This document shows positions 50,104-63,981 of a stretch of 64,000 nucleotides of DNA, piece by piece (within the stretch, counting starts at the first letter, position 1; each line of letters starts with the position of its first letter). Source of the stretch: Octopus bimaculoides (lineage: Eukaryota); contig NC_068982.1 in assembly GCF_001194135.2 (NCBI RefSeq), positions 130,081,324 to 130,145,323 on the forward strand, given 5' to 3'. A model generated the notes under the pieces. The model had not been told where the DNA came from. It saw only the letters and a list, made by a program, of their open reading frames with translations, and did not search any database. The position numbers and the translations under genes are program-made.

Positions 50104-50495
50104 TACGAAGCAGTCCGCTTACCAGTACATAAAAACATCTATGGAGAAAGCTGGACAAGAATTGAACTAGATAAAGTATTTCGTCGGTCGTTCTACCATG
50201 TGCATTAAATCCATCTTCATCAATTTATCTGGTATTGCTTTCTTTTTCCAACTTGTCATTAAAAGTAATATGATACAGAATCTATCTCAATATATTTTTG
50301 ATGCATATTATATCGATAATGGAGGCAATGAAAGATAAATTCGACATTGGTGAGATTTCATCTCAAAGAATTAAGGAAACCCCAGAAACTGTGTAACATG
50401 TTTTATTGTAGTTTTGTTCAGTTTCGGCGACCTCTAATGCCTCATCACCTAGATAAATATCAAGAATCACTACCTCCCACACACAGACGTACGCG

Positions 50496-50497
<2 letters not shown>

Positions 50498-50556
<59 letters not shown>

Positions 50557-50605
50557 GTATGTATGTATGTATGGATGGATGGATGTATATATATATATAT
50601 ATATA

Positions 50606-50644
<39 letters not shown>

Positions 50645-50645
50645 A
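50498..50645 (+). repeat. (TATG)n/(TGGA)n/(TA)n microsatellite
   Basis: Direct reading. Confidence 0.95.
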
Positions 50646-51629
50646 TGAATGGAGGGAAGGAGGGAGAGATGCAGGCATGTATGTATGTTCGCACCTATGC
50701 ATATCAGTATGTGGTTAAGTATGTTTATGTATGTCTGATTGCGTGTGGGTTTATCTTTGTGTCTGTGTGGGTGTATAGTTGAATGTGTAAGTATTTCCCT
50801 CTTAAGTTACATTTTCTTTTCTGCATAAGTACGGTTTATAAATAAAGGAAAAACAGAGAGGAAACCAAGATAGATCCAAAAATAGAAAAAAATAGCTGCA
50901 AAGAGCAAAAAAGAATGTGAGAAGAAAAATGGAACTCTGATTCGGTGAGCGATAGGAAAGATAATGTAGATGAGGGTAACAGATTAAAACAGAGAAAAAA
51001 AAAGTTTCACTTTAAAATGGGCTTCTGTTTACGATGGTTATATTAAGGAAATTCTCCGAATATAAACATGGCCCACAATATAGTAAATGGATTTTGTTCA
51101 ACAATGATCATGAGAACATTTTTTCGTAAGGAACGTCTCAAGGCGCGTTAACATTGTAAGGAATAGTGGCTATTGTGGTGGCGAGATGACTGTAAATTCA
51201 CGTGGTCACAATGTGAAGAATCGTATCTCTATAAGGTTATGTGTTTGTATAGAGAAGCGAGTGCATGTAGTGTCCATGTTAAAGGCGGTAGCTGTACGAA
51301 ATGTATGTAGATTGGGAGTGTGATGATTTAGTAGCTTTCATAGAGACAGCAACTGCATGTATGAGGTGTGTGTGTAGTCAACTGTGTATCTGTGGATTAC
51401 ATTGGCAAGTGTGTAACATTTGTGTCATAGAATTTTCAAAGATATAATGACTATTTGGAAGCTATATGGAAAGTTTAATGTGTTTAACCCTTTAGCATTC
51501 AGTCTACTCCGTCAAATGTAATACTGATTTCATAACGACTTTCAAGTCATATATAAAATCAATTTGCAGAAATGTATAGTTATCAATTAAATATTCAGAT
51601 ACATATTTTCATAGATTATTATTTGGCGA

Positions 51630-51905
51630 GTTTGTATGTATGAATGTATGTATGCATGCATGCATGCATGTATATTTGTATGTATGTATGTATGTATGTA
51701 TGTATGTATGTATGTAGGAAGGTATGTAGGTAAGTATATATGTAGGTATGTAGTAGGTATATATGTAGGTAAGTAGGTAGGTAGGTATTTATGTATATAT
51801 TCATGCATGCATGCATGTATGTATGTATGTAGGTAGGTAGGTAGATAGGTAGGTAGGGAGGGAGGGAGATGGGTAGGTAGGTAGGTAGGTGGATACATAC
51901 ATGAA
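51630..51905 (+). repeat. (TATG)n/(TAGG)n compound microsatellite
   Basis: Direct reading. Confidence 0.92.
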
Positions 51906-51999
51906 TAGATATTTAATAAAATTTTTAATCATTAAAAAATGGAACTGCATTGGCTAGATGAAGATTAAAAGTTAAATCACACATTGGACATAACCAAAA

Positions 52000-52950
52000 A
52001 TAAAGAACTAGTCAGAGAAAGTAATCACTATCTATAGAATTAAGGCTTTGGAAAAAGAAAAGTGTAAGATATTTTTATTATATGGATGAACGACAAAATG
52101 CAACGTAACATGCTGTTAAGCCATCTTGTAATAATGGAAAAACTAGGAATATTTTCAGATACAAGGAGAAGGAGTTAACTGTAGAAGTGTACGCAGAGAT
52201 TTATTTGATAGTTTCAAACGACGGCATTACCTACACGGCATGCATATGTCTGGTGAAGCTGTTAGTGTAGAAGCACCCAAAGTGACGGAGGTAATGTTTC
52301 AGGAGAGACTTCGAGCTGTAGCGAACGTTTGTTTATTATTTAGAAACGTCGCAATCAATATCAAATATGCCTCTTCTTGTGATTTGAAAACAAAAAAATG
52401 AACTGAGTGACAGTGGAAGTTTTCGTACAATGGTTTGTTTTACACATTTGTCAGACGCAAAAGGATTTGATGAAGACATAATCTTTAAACTAAGATATTG
52501 CTGGTGACTGATAATTTTTTAGACCATCCCTTGTATCTCAACACCCTTGAAACCTGTATTTTTGTGGAAATGCTATGCCTAACACTCCAAAAATCTTTCT
52601 TGATTCAATCCGTGGATCAGATTGCAATTTCTAATATCAGGGTCGACTACATTAGTCGTGTATTCAAATAACTTGTTGAAGAAGCAAATGACCAAGATAA
52701 AAAGAGAACCAGATGGCTATTGTTAACAATCTATCAAATTTGTTTCACAAAATTACCATGTCATGAAAGCCATAGATAAGCTCAATGGAGCTTAATTAAT
52801 TAAAACATGTTCAATTTTACCAAAATTTAGATCGCATTGAGTGACATTATCTGAAGCTATAAAGTGTTTGGATGATTTGACAACGAATCTCAGAGCTTTC
52901 CATTTGTTCAGTGACATTTACGATCTTTATCTGAATTTGCTCTACTGCTA
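52000..52950 (+). pseudogene. Tigger/pogo-like transposase relic
   Basis: Broken frames FDSFKRRHYLHGMHMSGEAVSVE and LLVTDN...PNT..LIQSVDQ resemble pogo motifs (F.RFK.RH..SGEAAS; LLLLDN; PPNTTSLIQPMDQ). Confidence 0.7.
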
Positions 52951-53061
52951 TAACTAGCCTATCAAGTTGATATCTCTACACTGTTATGACTTCATTTAAC
53001 AGTGTATTTTTAGGAACGTATCTATACCATTAACCGAGGTGTTACTGAATGTAAATACATC

Positions 53062-53063
53062 AA

Positions 53064-53113
<50 letters not shown>
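53062..53113 (+). repeat. (TATC)n tetranucleotide microsatellite
   Basis: Direct reading. Confidence 0.95.
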
Positions 53114-53114
<1 letters not shown>

Positions 53115-53239
53115 ATACACACGTAAAAGTAGAACGTTGGAATGAGTGCTCAACATTGTATTGGTGGATAACTAATTTCTTTATTTGTGAATTAAGGCTA
53201 CCATTGGTTTCATGTTAAGAGTAGGAAGGTCTCTGAACA

Positions 53240-53995
53240 GTTTTTCTAGCCGATCACATGGAGAAAGGTGTTCACCTCCATTTTGGAGGACAATCTCGTT
53301 TCGTTCACGAGATTTATCGTAAATTCACGTAAGTGAAACATTGAAACAATAATCTATAAGGCAATTTTTGGAATTTGTCTCCTTTCGATTTGTCTTTTCG
53401 GTAAATTTCTTAATTTTTTTCATTTTTTTGTATGATCTTGTTCTGGGCATGGTGTTTTGTACTTGTATGTTGGAGCATGTTTCTTCTTTGTGTGGAGTTT
53501 GTGACATTTCTTCTTTGTTGTGTGAAGTTTGTGTGCTATATGTGCTCACGTGTATGAAGGGGCTATCCTAGTAGGGTTGCCCTCGTTTGTAGTTACCCTC
53601 GTTTATAACGGTCTTCTTTAAAATATTTGAGTGTAAAATATTGTTTATGTATGCAGAGAGAGAAGGTTTCATCCCTTATGTTTAAGATGTTGTCTGTTGA
53701 TTGAATAATATTTAGATTTTCAGTAATTTAGAGTTCTTATTTGGTGCCCCGTCATCTCTATCTGGGGGTTGATTATCCTACCTTCTTTCAATGTCCATAT
53801 TATATTTGATAGGGATGTTTCATGTTTTTTTTTGTTTTTCTCTCTGAATGACGCAAGGTGTTGCGTATACCTTTCCTTGAACGAATTTCCCGTCATTCCG
53901 ATATATGTCTTTGGTGTTCCGTGGGATCCGTGACCTTGGCCTTGTATACGAGTTCTTTCTCGAGACAGTTGTTGTTTAGAGGGCAACAATTTGGG
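53240..53995 (-). mobile_element. Penelope-like element 3' fragment (GIY-YIG endonuclease plus downstream UTR)
   Basis: TYIGMTGNSFKERYTQHLASF...TSLSNIIW, and downstream LNIRDETFSLCIHK, match the PLE GIY-YIG domain pattern. Abuts a (CA)n/(TA)n tract. Confidence 0.85.
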
Positions 53996-54140
53996 GATCT
54001 AAGTACTTACCTATACACACACACACACACACACACACAAATAGACACACACACACATACACACACGCACGCACATGTATGTGTATGTATATATNNNNNN
54101 NNNNNNNNNNNNNNNNNNNNNNNNNNNNNNNNNNNNNNNN

Positions 54141-54195
<55 letters not shown>

Positions 54196-57100
54196 TATGA
54201 CCCTGTCTTTTGCTTCACATGCACTATTTTTTTGTGACTAGAGATAATAAATGAAACTCGACAGTTGCGTATCATGAGTTTTGATGAGATCTTATCTAAC
54301 TTGATACAGATGTATCTATCAGATCTATTGTATTACTTCTTCTGGATTATAGCAAGCAGCAACTGCTTGCTAATGACAAACTGAGCGTTTAACTCATGGC
54401 ATCGACGCTTGGAACATACTGTTAATGGTTTCTATATATTAGAGGAACACATTTCCATCAGCCATTATTACTTTATTAACACTGGCAGTTTTTATATTTC
54501 CTAAAGTTCCTATTAGACAAACAAAAGCAGTTGCAAAACGACAACATTGTAACTTATAAATGTGCTAAAATATTTAGATGCATATATTAGAAACGCTCAT
54601 ACACAAGCATGCAGTCAATGCAATCAATTAGATGTAAAAACACGAGATAAAATGCAAAATAGAATTCACATAAACATAAGTATATGCAATAGACCAAGTG
54701 TGCTACATTAAAAAGTGGTTCTACAGCATTAGCTGAACATCTAAATACATGTAAAAGTAGGAAAAATTAGATATAAATAGCAAGCTCTTCTAAAAGTGTG
54801 TAAGGTGATTTTATCAACTCGCAGGATTCTCGAATCCAGCGTGCAAAGGAAACAAATCAGAAGATCGATTCCAGAGTCTCTCACCAGGGAATCTTTGAAC
54901 TGAGTGACAAAACAACAAAACATCTTTGGTGAAATACTGGGCAGCAAGAAGTTCCTAGAAGAGCCAACGCTAAAGCGTGGTTTCAATCGCTTGCTATAAA
55001 CGGCTAATATCCCATTTTTGTATGGAGGATATTTTGGATGACTAGCATAGAACTAGAAATAAACTGCAACAAACCAATTCTGGGATATAATTTCAAATCC
55101 TTCTGCTAATGACATTGGGGAAACTAATAAATGTCGTAATATCTCATATTCTTTCCCAACATACATGTGACCTTTATATATATGTATATATATATATATA
55201 TATATACATATATAATGGCCCAATTAAGCTAAATGTTAAATATTTGGGAAAACAAAACATTCTTCCTGCTTAACAATTCATAAGTGAAGAACCACTGTCA
55301 TTTAACAACTCCCACATTACTAATACTTTATTTTAAAGTATTTCTTATATTTTTCAGAATATTCCTGTGAATATTTCTGCTAAAACGTCATTCTCTGTTC
55401 ATGTCTGAATGTATGCATTGCGTATTTTGTGTATATTATTTTATTACCACAAGCAATTACGTTCACCTAAATGCTCACACATAAACATAACGACCAACAC
55501 ATATGTAGCCTTCCAATTACAACATTGAACACTGACGTTAAACCGTGAAAATACGCATTAGGAAAAAAAACAATCTGAAAATAAAATTATCGTTGGTAGA
55601 GAAGTTTTGTTAGGGTCTGATAACATCCCATCATGCAGTATTGCTCGCATCATGTTACGTCACTTAAAACCTACAACCATTTTACATAGAAATTCACTGA
55701 ACACTCAAAGATTGGATGTTGGTAAGTCACTGGTGACTCTAATACTATTCATGCCCAGTTGAAACCCAAAGATGATAACACAACGTCTGATTATTAGATA
55801 AATGAACCGACGTAACATGAGATTGCTAGAGTCTGTTTAGATAGAGCAGAGTTAGAGAAAGCAATGAGTATCTACAGAAATAGGTTTATTCTCAACTAAT
55901 GCTTTATTTATTTGCTGGTCATTTATTTATTTTCACAAAAAGAGAACTATTTTTCTTTATCATTGGATCAAAACGAACGAATATCTTCGGAAGTACTAGT
56001 TTTTTTTTGTGGGGAAAATCACCAGTGAATTAAAGTGTACATTAAGTGGTGAAATTTGGGGAAGGCAAACCTCTGTTCCTGTTGGAATGTCAGCAGTTGC
56101 ATAATCTTTTTTAAATAAGTCAATAAAACGACTAGAAAATTAACCTTTTCGTGTGTAATTTTGTTCCTGACAGCGGTAATTATGATCACCGAGAGCCGAG
56201 CAGATAGGCTACTGACTTAAGGATCAGTATAACTACTAAATACATACTATGGATAAGTGCTATAAAATGGAGTAAGGTACGTTGAGAATCGAATGTGCGA
56301 CCATATTTAAATTTTGTCAAAACCTATTTCACTTCACTGAAGTAGTTAATGCTTTTACGGATAGCCTGGTGGTTGCAAATTTCACGTCCTCCTCCATGCT
56401 TGTCTGGAATCGGCAACAAGACTCAACCCTCCTGTGTATGCTAAATTGTATCAATGGGAAAGAGGTGGAGAGAGACATAGAGAGAAGAGGAGGAAAAAAA
56501 GAAAAGCAGAAGAAAAGAAGAGAGGAGGTTAGCACTTATTTGGCTGAAAACACTTCTTACCTAGTATTCGAAAAGGAAAATTTTTCTTTGAAGAATTAAC
56601 TGGGAATTTTCAAGAGGAATACTCAACCCACTCTTTCTTTAATAATTGTTTTTATGGATTGTTATAGCGTTCGTCTGAGGAAAACGAAAATTTGAAATAA
56701 CGGTTGGCGATTAATCGATATACAAAAATTTAAGGCAAAAAGAAAATATTATGGGACAAGTGACTATTAGTAATTTTACAAGTAACAGTGATTTATTTTC
56801 CATGTTGTAATAGACGCCAATATATAGTTGATATTTATTTTAGCTAAATAAAATCACGAGTGAATTCTGTTCGCAACCAACACAAAGCCATGTATTTATT
56901 CTGAAGGGCATATTGTATTGAATCAATTCTAGTGCATGTTTGATATCACAGAACGGTCTCCAGATTCAATTATCTTTTTGAAAAATAGATAAGTTCCTAT
57001 GCTTTTACAACTTTGTTACTGTATCGCAAATATTCAATACCAATTGCGTTCTTCTAAATGTTGGTATAATACATAGTTTATGTCTACCTTATTTTTAAAA

Positions 57101-57884
57101 TAGCTTCTTAAATTAAATAAGTTTCAAGAGATACAATCAACCGTGTTCAATATTGCAAAATTTTCAAAAAAAGAAAAAATGTTTCTATATAAAAATAATC
57201 AAAGGTGCCTTCTGTCATACGATAGTTATTTCATCGATTGTGAGTTTGTAAAAAAATATATAGTTGACTTTCACGGGATAAACTCAGGTCCTTTTGAGAC
57301 AAAACGAATTACTGTGCGATATTTTGTAAAGTGTTCTTAAGTTTTTCTCTTACTGAACGAAGATTAACTTTCGTGTTGATTGGAATTGTGTATGATCAAT
57401 TGAGTTAACTTCAATATATTAATAGAGCTTATTTTCACAATCTCGGAGGGAGGAAACAAAATGTCAGATCCTGTGGGATTTAAATAGTTTAAGGACAAAT
57501 TTAAACCCAGGAATGCCTTTACTCTTTACAGCTTCTTGTAATCCGCTTTCATTTTATGGGTCACACTAAGTTTGAGATAAGGTGACATTTTTGGGAGGAG
57601 GAACCAATCGATTAAATCGTTTCCATTATGAAATGGGTATTCATTTTAATCAACCTCAAAATATTGAAAAGACAAAAGCAACTCAAATCGAATTTAAACC
57701 TAGAAAATAAAGGAACAAAAATTTCCCTCAAAGCATTTCATGACATTATCACCTTAATTTTTTGAAATCATTGGAAACAGATTTGCAGGCGATTATCAAT
57801 TAAAGATTATAAATAATTCTAGAACGTATGTTATTATATGCTAGTAGAAACAATATAGTAATTCATTAATAGTAGTATTTGCCC

Positions 57885-58080
57885 CCAAAATATTGGTTTC
57901 AAATTTTGGCCAGCAATTTCGGGTAGGGGATGAGTCGATTACATCAACCCCAGTGTTCAACTGATACTTATTTAATCGATTCTAAAGGGGTGAAAGGCAA
58001 AATCGACCACAGCGGAATTTGAACTCAGAGCGTAAAACAGACTAAATGCTGCTATGCATTTTCCCCGGCGTGCTAAAATT
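57885..58080 (-). mobile_element. Family A SINE
   Basis: GAGTCGATTACATCAACCCCAGTG..GAAAGGCAAAATCGACC..GGAATTTGAACTCAGAGCG. Confidence 0.88.
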
Positions 58081-58441
58081 TCCCCAGAAATATTGATTAC
58101 CTATTTGTCTCAGTGAATTATCGATTGGTTCGATGGACAAATCTTTGAGCTCAAATATCCAACGGGCTATTGTCAAAAAAATGTATATAATAAAATACAT
58201 CTAGATGGTCCCGATAATGTCAAGTTCCAAAACAAATTAGCTTTGCAGGTTATAAATCCTTGTGACAGGGAACTTGTAGTACCGAGTTTGCATCAGGCGA
58301 ACCGAGTTCTCGAAATGGTTTTATTAAACGAATTGTAGTGTTTTCACACAGCGTAAGTTTCATTTTCTTTTCTCTAAACTTATCATGGTCGGTCACTTCT
58401 GATCATAAAACAACATTGTTATCAAAGTTATATCGAATGAC

Positions 58442-58442
<1 letters not shown>

Positions 58443-58530
<88 letters not shown>
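58443..58530 (+). repeat. (AG)n microsatellite, about 44 units
   Basis: Direct reading. Confidence 0.97.
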
Positions 58531-58534
<4 letters not shown>

Positions 58535-58789
58535 TGAGATACTAAGTGTGAAAAGGAAGCTGAGGGAAATATGAGAATGAATTATAGAGATGGAAAAAAG
58601 ATGATTGTCTTGAAGAAGGCTGAAGACTAAAACATTTCAAACGTTACTAGATGTTACAAAAGAAATAAACAAACATACACCAACAACAAGTATATATATA
58701 TATATATATATTGGGTTGGATGATGTGCTTTTGGCCATGCCCTTCAAGAACAGCTAGATTAATGTTATTAACATTCTGCATAAGTTGTT

Positions 58790-59200
58790 TCAAATCAGTG
58801 ATTTCAGAAAAGAGATGTGAAAAGAAAGAATTTTAGAGGGCCGACATTCTGAGAAGAAAGAACTGAGCAGTAGTTAGTGAGAACGTGAGTGGGTGGAGTT
58901 GAATACGATATATGAGTGATGGAGTCGAGAGAGACAAATGAACTGAGTTTGCTTGAGCGGATGGGGCAAAACACCAGTAAACTCCGTGGAGCAGTGGCCA
59001 TTAAAATAGTGGTAGAAAAGGTAGAGAGAGAATACAGCATGTTTGTGTGCCTGAGATCAGAGTGTGTTTGTGAGTGACTCTATACCAGTCAGTTGTGTGG
59101 CATTTCTCTGGATGTCAGTGTATTTTGTAGCCCCCAGATGAGGGAGCAGTACTCCATCACGTGTCTCACCTGAACTTTGTAGCGAGTTAGTAGTTGTTGA
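58790..59200 (-). mobile_element. L2/CR1-clade LINE RT C-terminal remnant
   Basis: LYKVQVRHVMEYCSLIW matches the LYK..VRP.MEYC..IW motif. Confidence 0.75.
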
Positions 59201-60679
59201 GACCTGATATATTATCTAGTCCCGAAGAGAAAGCAAACTCTTTGAGATGCAGAATTAGCTATGTTTAAACTTTGATAGAATCATAATTGTAAGGAATTTA
59301 CATGAGAAAACATTCAAAATATATATTGTTTTAATCGTATTGCTACTAGTTGATTTTTTTTCTTTTTTCCCCTCAATTTGCTGTTATCAATATGGTTTTG
59401 TGTTAGAAGTTACTGCTGCAGGTTGTGTTCCATGTCAAAAATTTAACAATTTCAAAAGCTGTGGAGATTGCAGTTTGTTTTTTACACTGCCCTTCGATTA
59501 GTTGTTAGCATTGCTTACGTATCAAATATCCCTTAAGAGTTAAATTGGATAGTTTTGTTTATATCTAGAAACAAATGCATTAAAGCTGGAATGCCGGGGG
59601 TTACATCTAAAGGATAGGGTTTTAACCTTTTTAACATATATCTCTTGTAGACAAAAAAAATCTTATGAAACAAGATTAAACAAAGTTTCACACAACACCC
59701 AGTCTTGATATTTTAAATGTGCGTGAGATATAATAGATAGACTTTAAAAATAAAACGAGCCATGGAAAAAGGTCTACATGCCTTAATTTATTTACTTATT
59801 TTACATTGACACTTTTATGTTAAAGTTACTAAAATAGATAGCGAAGGAAATAGAGAAATAGCAAGGGGAAAAAGGGCGTATGAGAGGAGGGAAAGAAAAT
59901 AAGCAAGTGGAGAGAACTGGTAGGATAATATAGAGATTTTTTTTTATTAAACGAAAGAAGAAAAGTAGAACAAATAGTTAAGAAAATGGAAAATTCTCAT
60001 TCAGTAAAATAGGATCATGTTGAAAACGTGAACATATAAAACATAAGAAATAAAAAAAAAGCAGAAAAAAAAAGGAAATAGTAAAAAAAAAAAAGAAAAA
60101 AACAAAAACAAAGCTGAAACACATTCAGAAATCTAAAATTAAGCTGAAACTAAAATTGGCAGGAAGAAATATTGTTTTGTTTTTCTTGTAAACAATTTGT
60201 GTGAAAGAAAGCTTCTCTAAATATTTACTTTACAATCGATCGAAGTGTAGCCGCAAGCACAGTGGAATGGTTTGGTCATTCTCGAGTTTGCGAGCCAGTT
60301 TCGATATCCTGTTAGAAACTTTCTAACAGGACACTCATGGCAAAATCATGAAAGCCACAAATTCCTCTCCTCCTCTCCTAAGCCAATAGAAGAGTTAATC
60401 GTTTATGGAAGTAGCTAATTGTGACAATTAACTTATTCGTCGGTCTATTTACGTTATATTATTAATTCATTTGTGTTGATCATAAACCTTACGTCAACTT
60501 TCCTTAGCTTAAGTATCTGGTGATATGTAAGAAAACAAACAAACATTAACTCTCACACTCCGTAGACATAATCTGGATTGGGATACGCGTACTAAATTAT
60601 TAAAATGGATCTAACATTAGCCGTCTCATTTACCAAAAATACGAAATTTAAATAAGTATTTGATAATAATTGTGTTGGT

Positions 60680-60890
60680 TTCAAATTTTGGCGCAAGGCT
60701 AGCAATTTGGGGGGATGGGCTAAGTCAATTTAACCGATTCTAGTGCTCAAGTGGTACTTATTTTATCGACCTCGAAAGGATGAAAGGCAAAATCGACCCC
60801 GACTGCATTTAAACTCAGAACGTAAAGACGGATGAAATGCCTCTAGGCATTGTACGTGGTGTGCTAATGATTCTGCCAACTGGCTGCCTT
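60680..60890 (-). mobile_element. Family A SINE
   Basis: TTTTATCGACCTCGAAAGGATGAAAGGCAAAATCGACCCC..TTTAAACTCAGAACG. Confidence 0.88.
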
Positions 60891-62397
60891 AGTCTTTGAT
60901 AATAATGATATTAGCATGCAGATACATATCGGGTTTAGTCTGAACCTATCCACATCCACCCCAATGTTTACAGGGTCATTCTTATTTTCAATTTTAATTC
61001 TTCTTTTCCTTTTTAACTTTCTGCAAAAGTGCACATGTTTCGTTGTTGAACCTAAGGAAATAGAGAGCAATGCATGAAATCCTTTTCTGGTGGCCAACTA
61101 TCAGGCAACTAGTGTTAAATAAAAATGCCTGAACAAACCACCCAGTCATTAGATTAACCCGAAATTGTGCTTTATAAAGAATAAACGTCAGCGAAATCTT
61201 AAAGTGTTCTAGTCTACTGACAATTATAGCAACTGTACATGACAAAGTGACCTTCTGTTCCACAAATAAGCATGCCAGGTTAAAGAGATTAAGAGATTTT
61301 CTCTGAGGTGGTAAGAAATGTGATGGTGGAAAATAAGGATTTCGAAACAAAGTTGATGACGCGAATAGCAAATTATGTTTTTATTATTTGAAAGAAATCT
61401 GGAAATCTTTTTTTTTTTTCGTAATTAGCATTTCGAAAGATTCAAAAATATTAAATAAAAATTAAAAAGAAAAATCCTTGAGTATACTCATCTATTCATT
61501 AAAACTGTATCTAATTTGAAAAATTGTAATCATGAGTTCAGAAACGTAAATGACTTTCCCACACTTTTTTTTCGTGATATGGGACTTGTGAGATATTTTA
61601 TGAATGTTTGCGCATGATTTGTATAGTGGTAATGTTATGCAATGAAGACAGAGTAAAGCGAACCGTTGTTTCTGTTATTAAGTTCCAGATCATTCTTGGT
61701 TGTATTAATCTATCAGAAAAAACATTTTAGCTGTTAGCATCTGTTTTTTTTTTTATTTTCATCGTCCAGTATCTTCATCGTCCAGTAGATCCTAGATGGT
61801 AGAGTGTGATTCAATGGTATGTTGATTGTGAGTATGAGGTGACACGCCTGTGTATGTCTTTGTCTGTGTGTATGTATATGTATATACATGTGCCCCTCTC
61901 TCTCTCTTTCTCNNNNNNNNNNATAAATAATATATAAATATATGCATATATCCATACATATATCTACATACCAACATATTTATGTATATATACATGCATA
62001 TATGGGTACAGGACATAAAAAAAAAACGTTAAACACAATGAGAAACGAAAACATAGAAAACGAACTTTTTTTCGAACAACGAAAAAAGCAAACAGAGAAA
62101 CGAGATATGCAACTTAAAGAGTATACCCCTTCGTCAGCTGACCATGTTTTATCTACTCCGCGTTTCGAAAGCAAGGACAATACGCGACTTCGTTGAAACA
62201 GCCCTTCTCGCAAAGCAAATAAGATAAAATTTGGGATTTTATGCTGAGGGTGAAAGTGTTAACAAGAACAGGACAGTGAGAACAAGACGGTAAAAACAAA
62301 CGGTGAGGGCTGTTGAGCCAAGATGATAGAAAAATTATTATGAACGCTAGGTATACGAGCCATGAGAGGAGACAGGAAAAGGCACGTCTTTTCTTTA

Positions 62398-62607
62398 GGA
62401 AGGTGTCAAAAAAGGTTCCTGGACTAGTTATTTTTAATTAAAAAAAAAAAACTTATTTACCTAAGTTTTAACATTATCTCCTTCCAAATAGTCACTTTGC
62501 GCAGCAAAACACTGGTCCCAGTGTTCCTGATACTTTTGGAATCCGACCTGGAAGTCGTTTCCCGTAAGCGAGTCGAGAATCTTCTGCGATTCGTTCTGGG
62601 TCTTCTT
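62398..62607 (-). mobile_element. mariner 3' fragment (different family from 22041)
   Basis: Minus-strand C-terminus FQKYQEHWDQCFAAQSDYLEGDNVKT* followed by a TIR-like end next to TA. Confidence 0.75.
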
Positions 62608-62710
62608 TGCCTTTCAGGGTCGATTAAATAAGTATCAGTTGAGCACTAGGGTCGATGTAATCGACTTACTCCTGAACCAAAATTGATGGCCTTGTGCCAA
62701 AATTTTAAAT
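62608..62710 (+). mobile_element. 3' part of a family A SINE
   Basis: TTTGCCTTTCAGGGTCGATTAAATAAGTATCAGTT..GGGTCGATGTAATCGAC..GCCTTGTGCCAAAATT. Confidence 0.8.
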
Positions 62711-63369
62711 CAATATTTACACGGAGATGCATACAGTTCTGTGGGTGAACTAATTCATCTAAAAAGCATTCAGTACATAAAATACAAATATAAATGAGAA
62801 ATTTGTAAAAAAAAAACAAATAAACAGTGAAATCAATCACAATTATGAACATAAAATATAATGACTTCTTTGTTTCTGCTTCTCATTCATGACCTTATCA
62901 AAACGGGATTTTCTTGCGGGTATGTCGGCGAATTCATGCGATTCCAAGATTGTTTTGATTGACAAATCAGGAATATATATCGGCGTTTAATGAATGAAAT
63001 CGGTGTGTCGAACAAAAATTCCTTGTAATAATTATATATATAGTTATCTTTGTGATTATTATGTACATATATATATGCATACACACAAACACACATATGC
63101 ATACTTACGTTTGCGATGACAAAGAGGTATTATTCATATCTAAAATTAGCTAAATATGATATAAGACACGAGAAGTGCAAGTTTGTAAGTGTTTGAGAAA
63201 GTATGCACTGACATACACACTCTTAAATGCACACACATATCATATATACACGCGTGTGTGTAGGCTGTGTGTTTGTCTGTATGCGTGTTTGCGTGTGTGC
63301 GTGTGTGTGTGTATTTGTGTGGTTGGGTGTGTCTATCTATGTGTATATGTGTATATTTTCCTTTTATCT

Positions 63370-63728
63370 TTTACTAGTTTCAGTATTTGGACGGCGGCCA
63401 TGCTGGGACACCTCCTTTAAATGTTTAATCGAACATATCGATCCCAATACTTATTCTATAGGTTTCTTCTGCCAAACCGTTAAGATATGGAGACGTAAAC
63501 AAACCAACATCAGTTGTCAAGTGGTGGGCGGGCACAAACATAAACACTAGGAAAAAGAAAACAGTCACACATAGATACTTATATTTGATAGTCTTCTTTC
63601 AGTTTCAGTCTACCAGATTCCTTCACAAGACTGGTGATCTGGGACTATAGTAAAAGATACTTGCCCAAGAAACGAAGTAGTGTGATTGAACCTGAAACCA
63701 TGTGGTTGAGAAGCAAAGTTCTTACCAA
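63370..63728 (-). mobile_element. Family B SINE whose 5' end is interrupted by a family A SINE
   Basis: Tail domain plus TTCTTTCAGTTTCAGTCTACC..GAAACCATGTGGTTGAGAAGCAA. Confidence 0.85.
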
Positions 63729-63742
63729 ACTGATGCCTTCTT

Positions 63743-63981
63743 CTTTCTTTCTTTATTGCCCACAAGGGGCTAAACATAGAGAGGACAAACAAGGACAGAC
63801 AAAGGGATTAAGTCGATTACATCGACCCCAGTGCGCAACTGGTACTTAATTTATCGACCCCGAAAGGATGAAAGGCAAAGTCGACCACGACGGAATTTGA
63901 ACTCAGAACGTAACGGCAGACGAAATACCGCTAAGCATTTCCCACGGCGTGCTAACGTTTCTACCAGCTCGCTGCCTTCTT
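63743..63981 (-). mobile_element. Young family A SINE with a 14-bp target-site duplication
   Basis: Best-preserved copy in the window. Flanked by ACTGATGC(C/T)TTCTT at 63729-42 and 63982-95. Confidence 0.9.

Noticed and set aside
51484-51540. TTAA-CCCTTTAGCATTCAG, a piggyBac-like terminus
   Set aside because: No convincing matching right end was found, so it was not called.
53250-53320. Possible hammerhead in the Penelope 3' region (GAAAC..GTC-CTCC/GGAG)
   Set aside because: The CUGANGA box is missing (GTGAACA) and stem II is absent. It is at most an unrecognisable relic.
61980-62213. Ig-like D.G.Y motif (SADEGVYSLSC) in a minus-strand ORF; similar DGTYFC near 38870
   Set aside because: Isolated short motifs without the other Ig strand residues.
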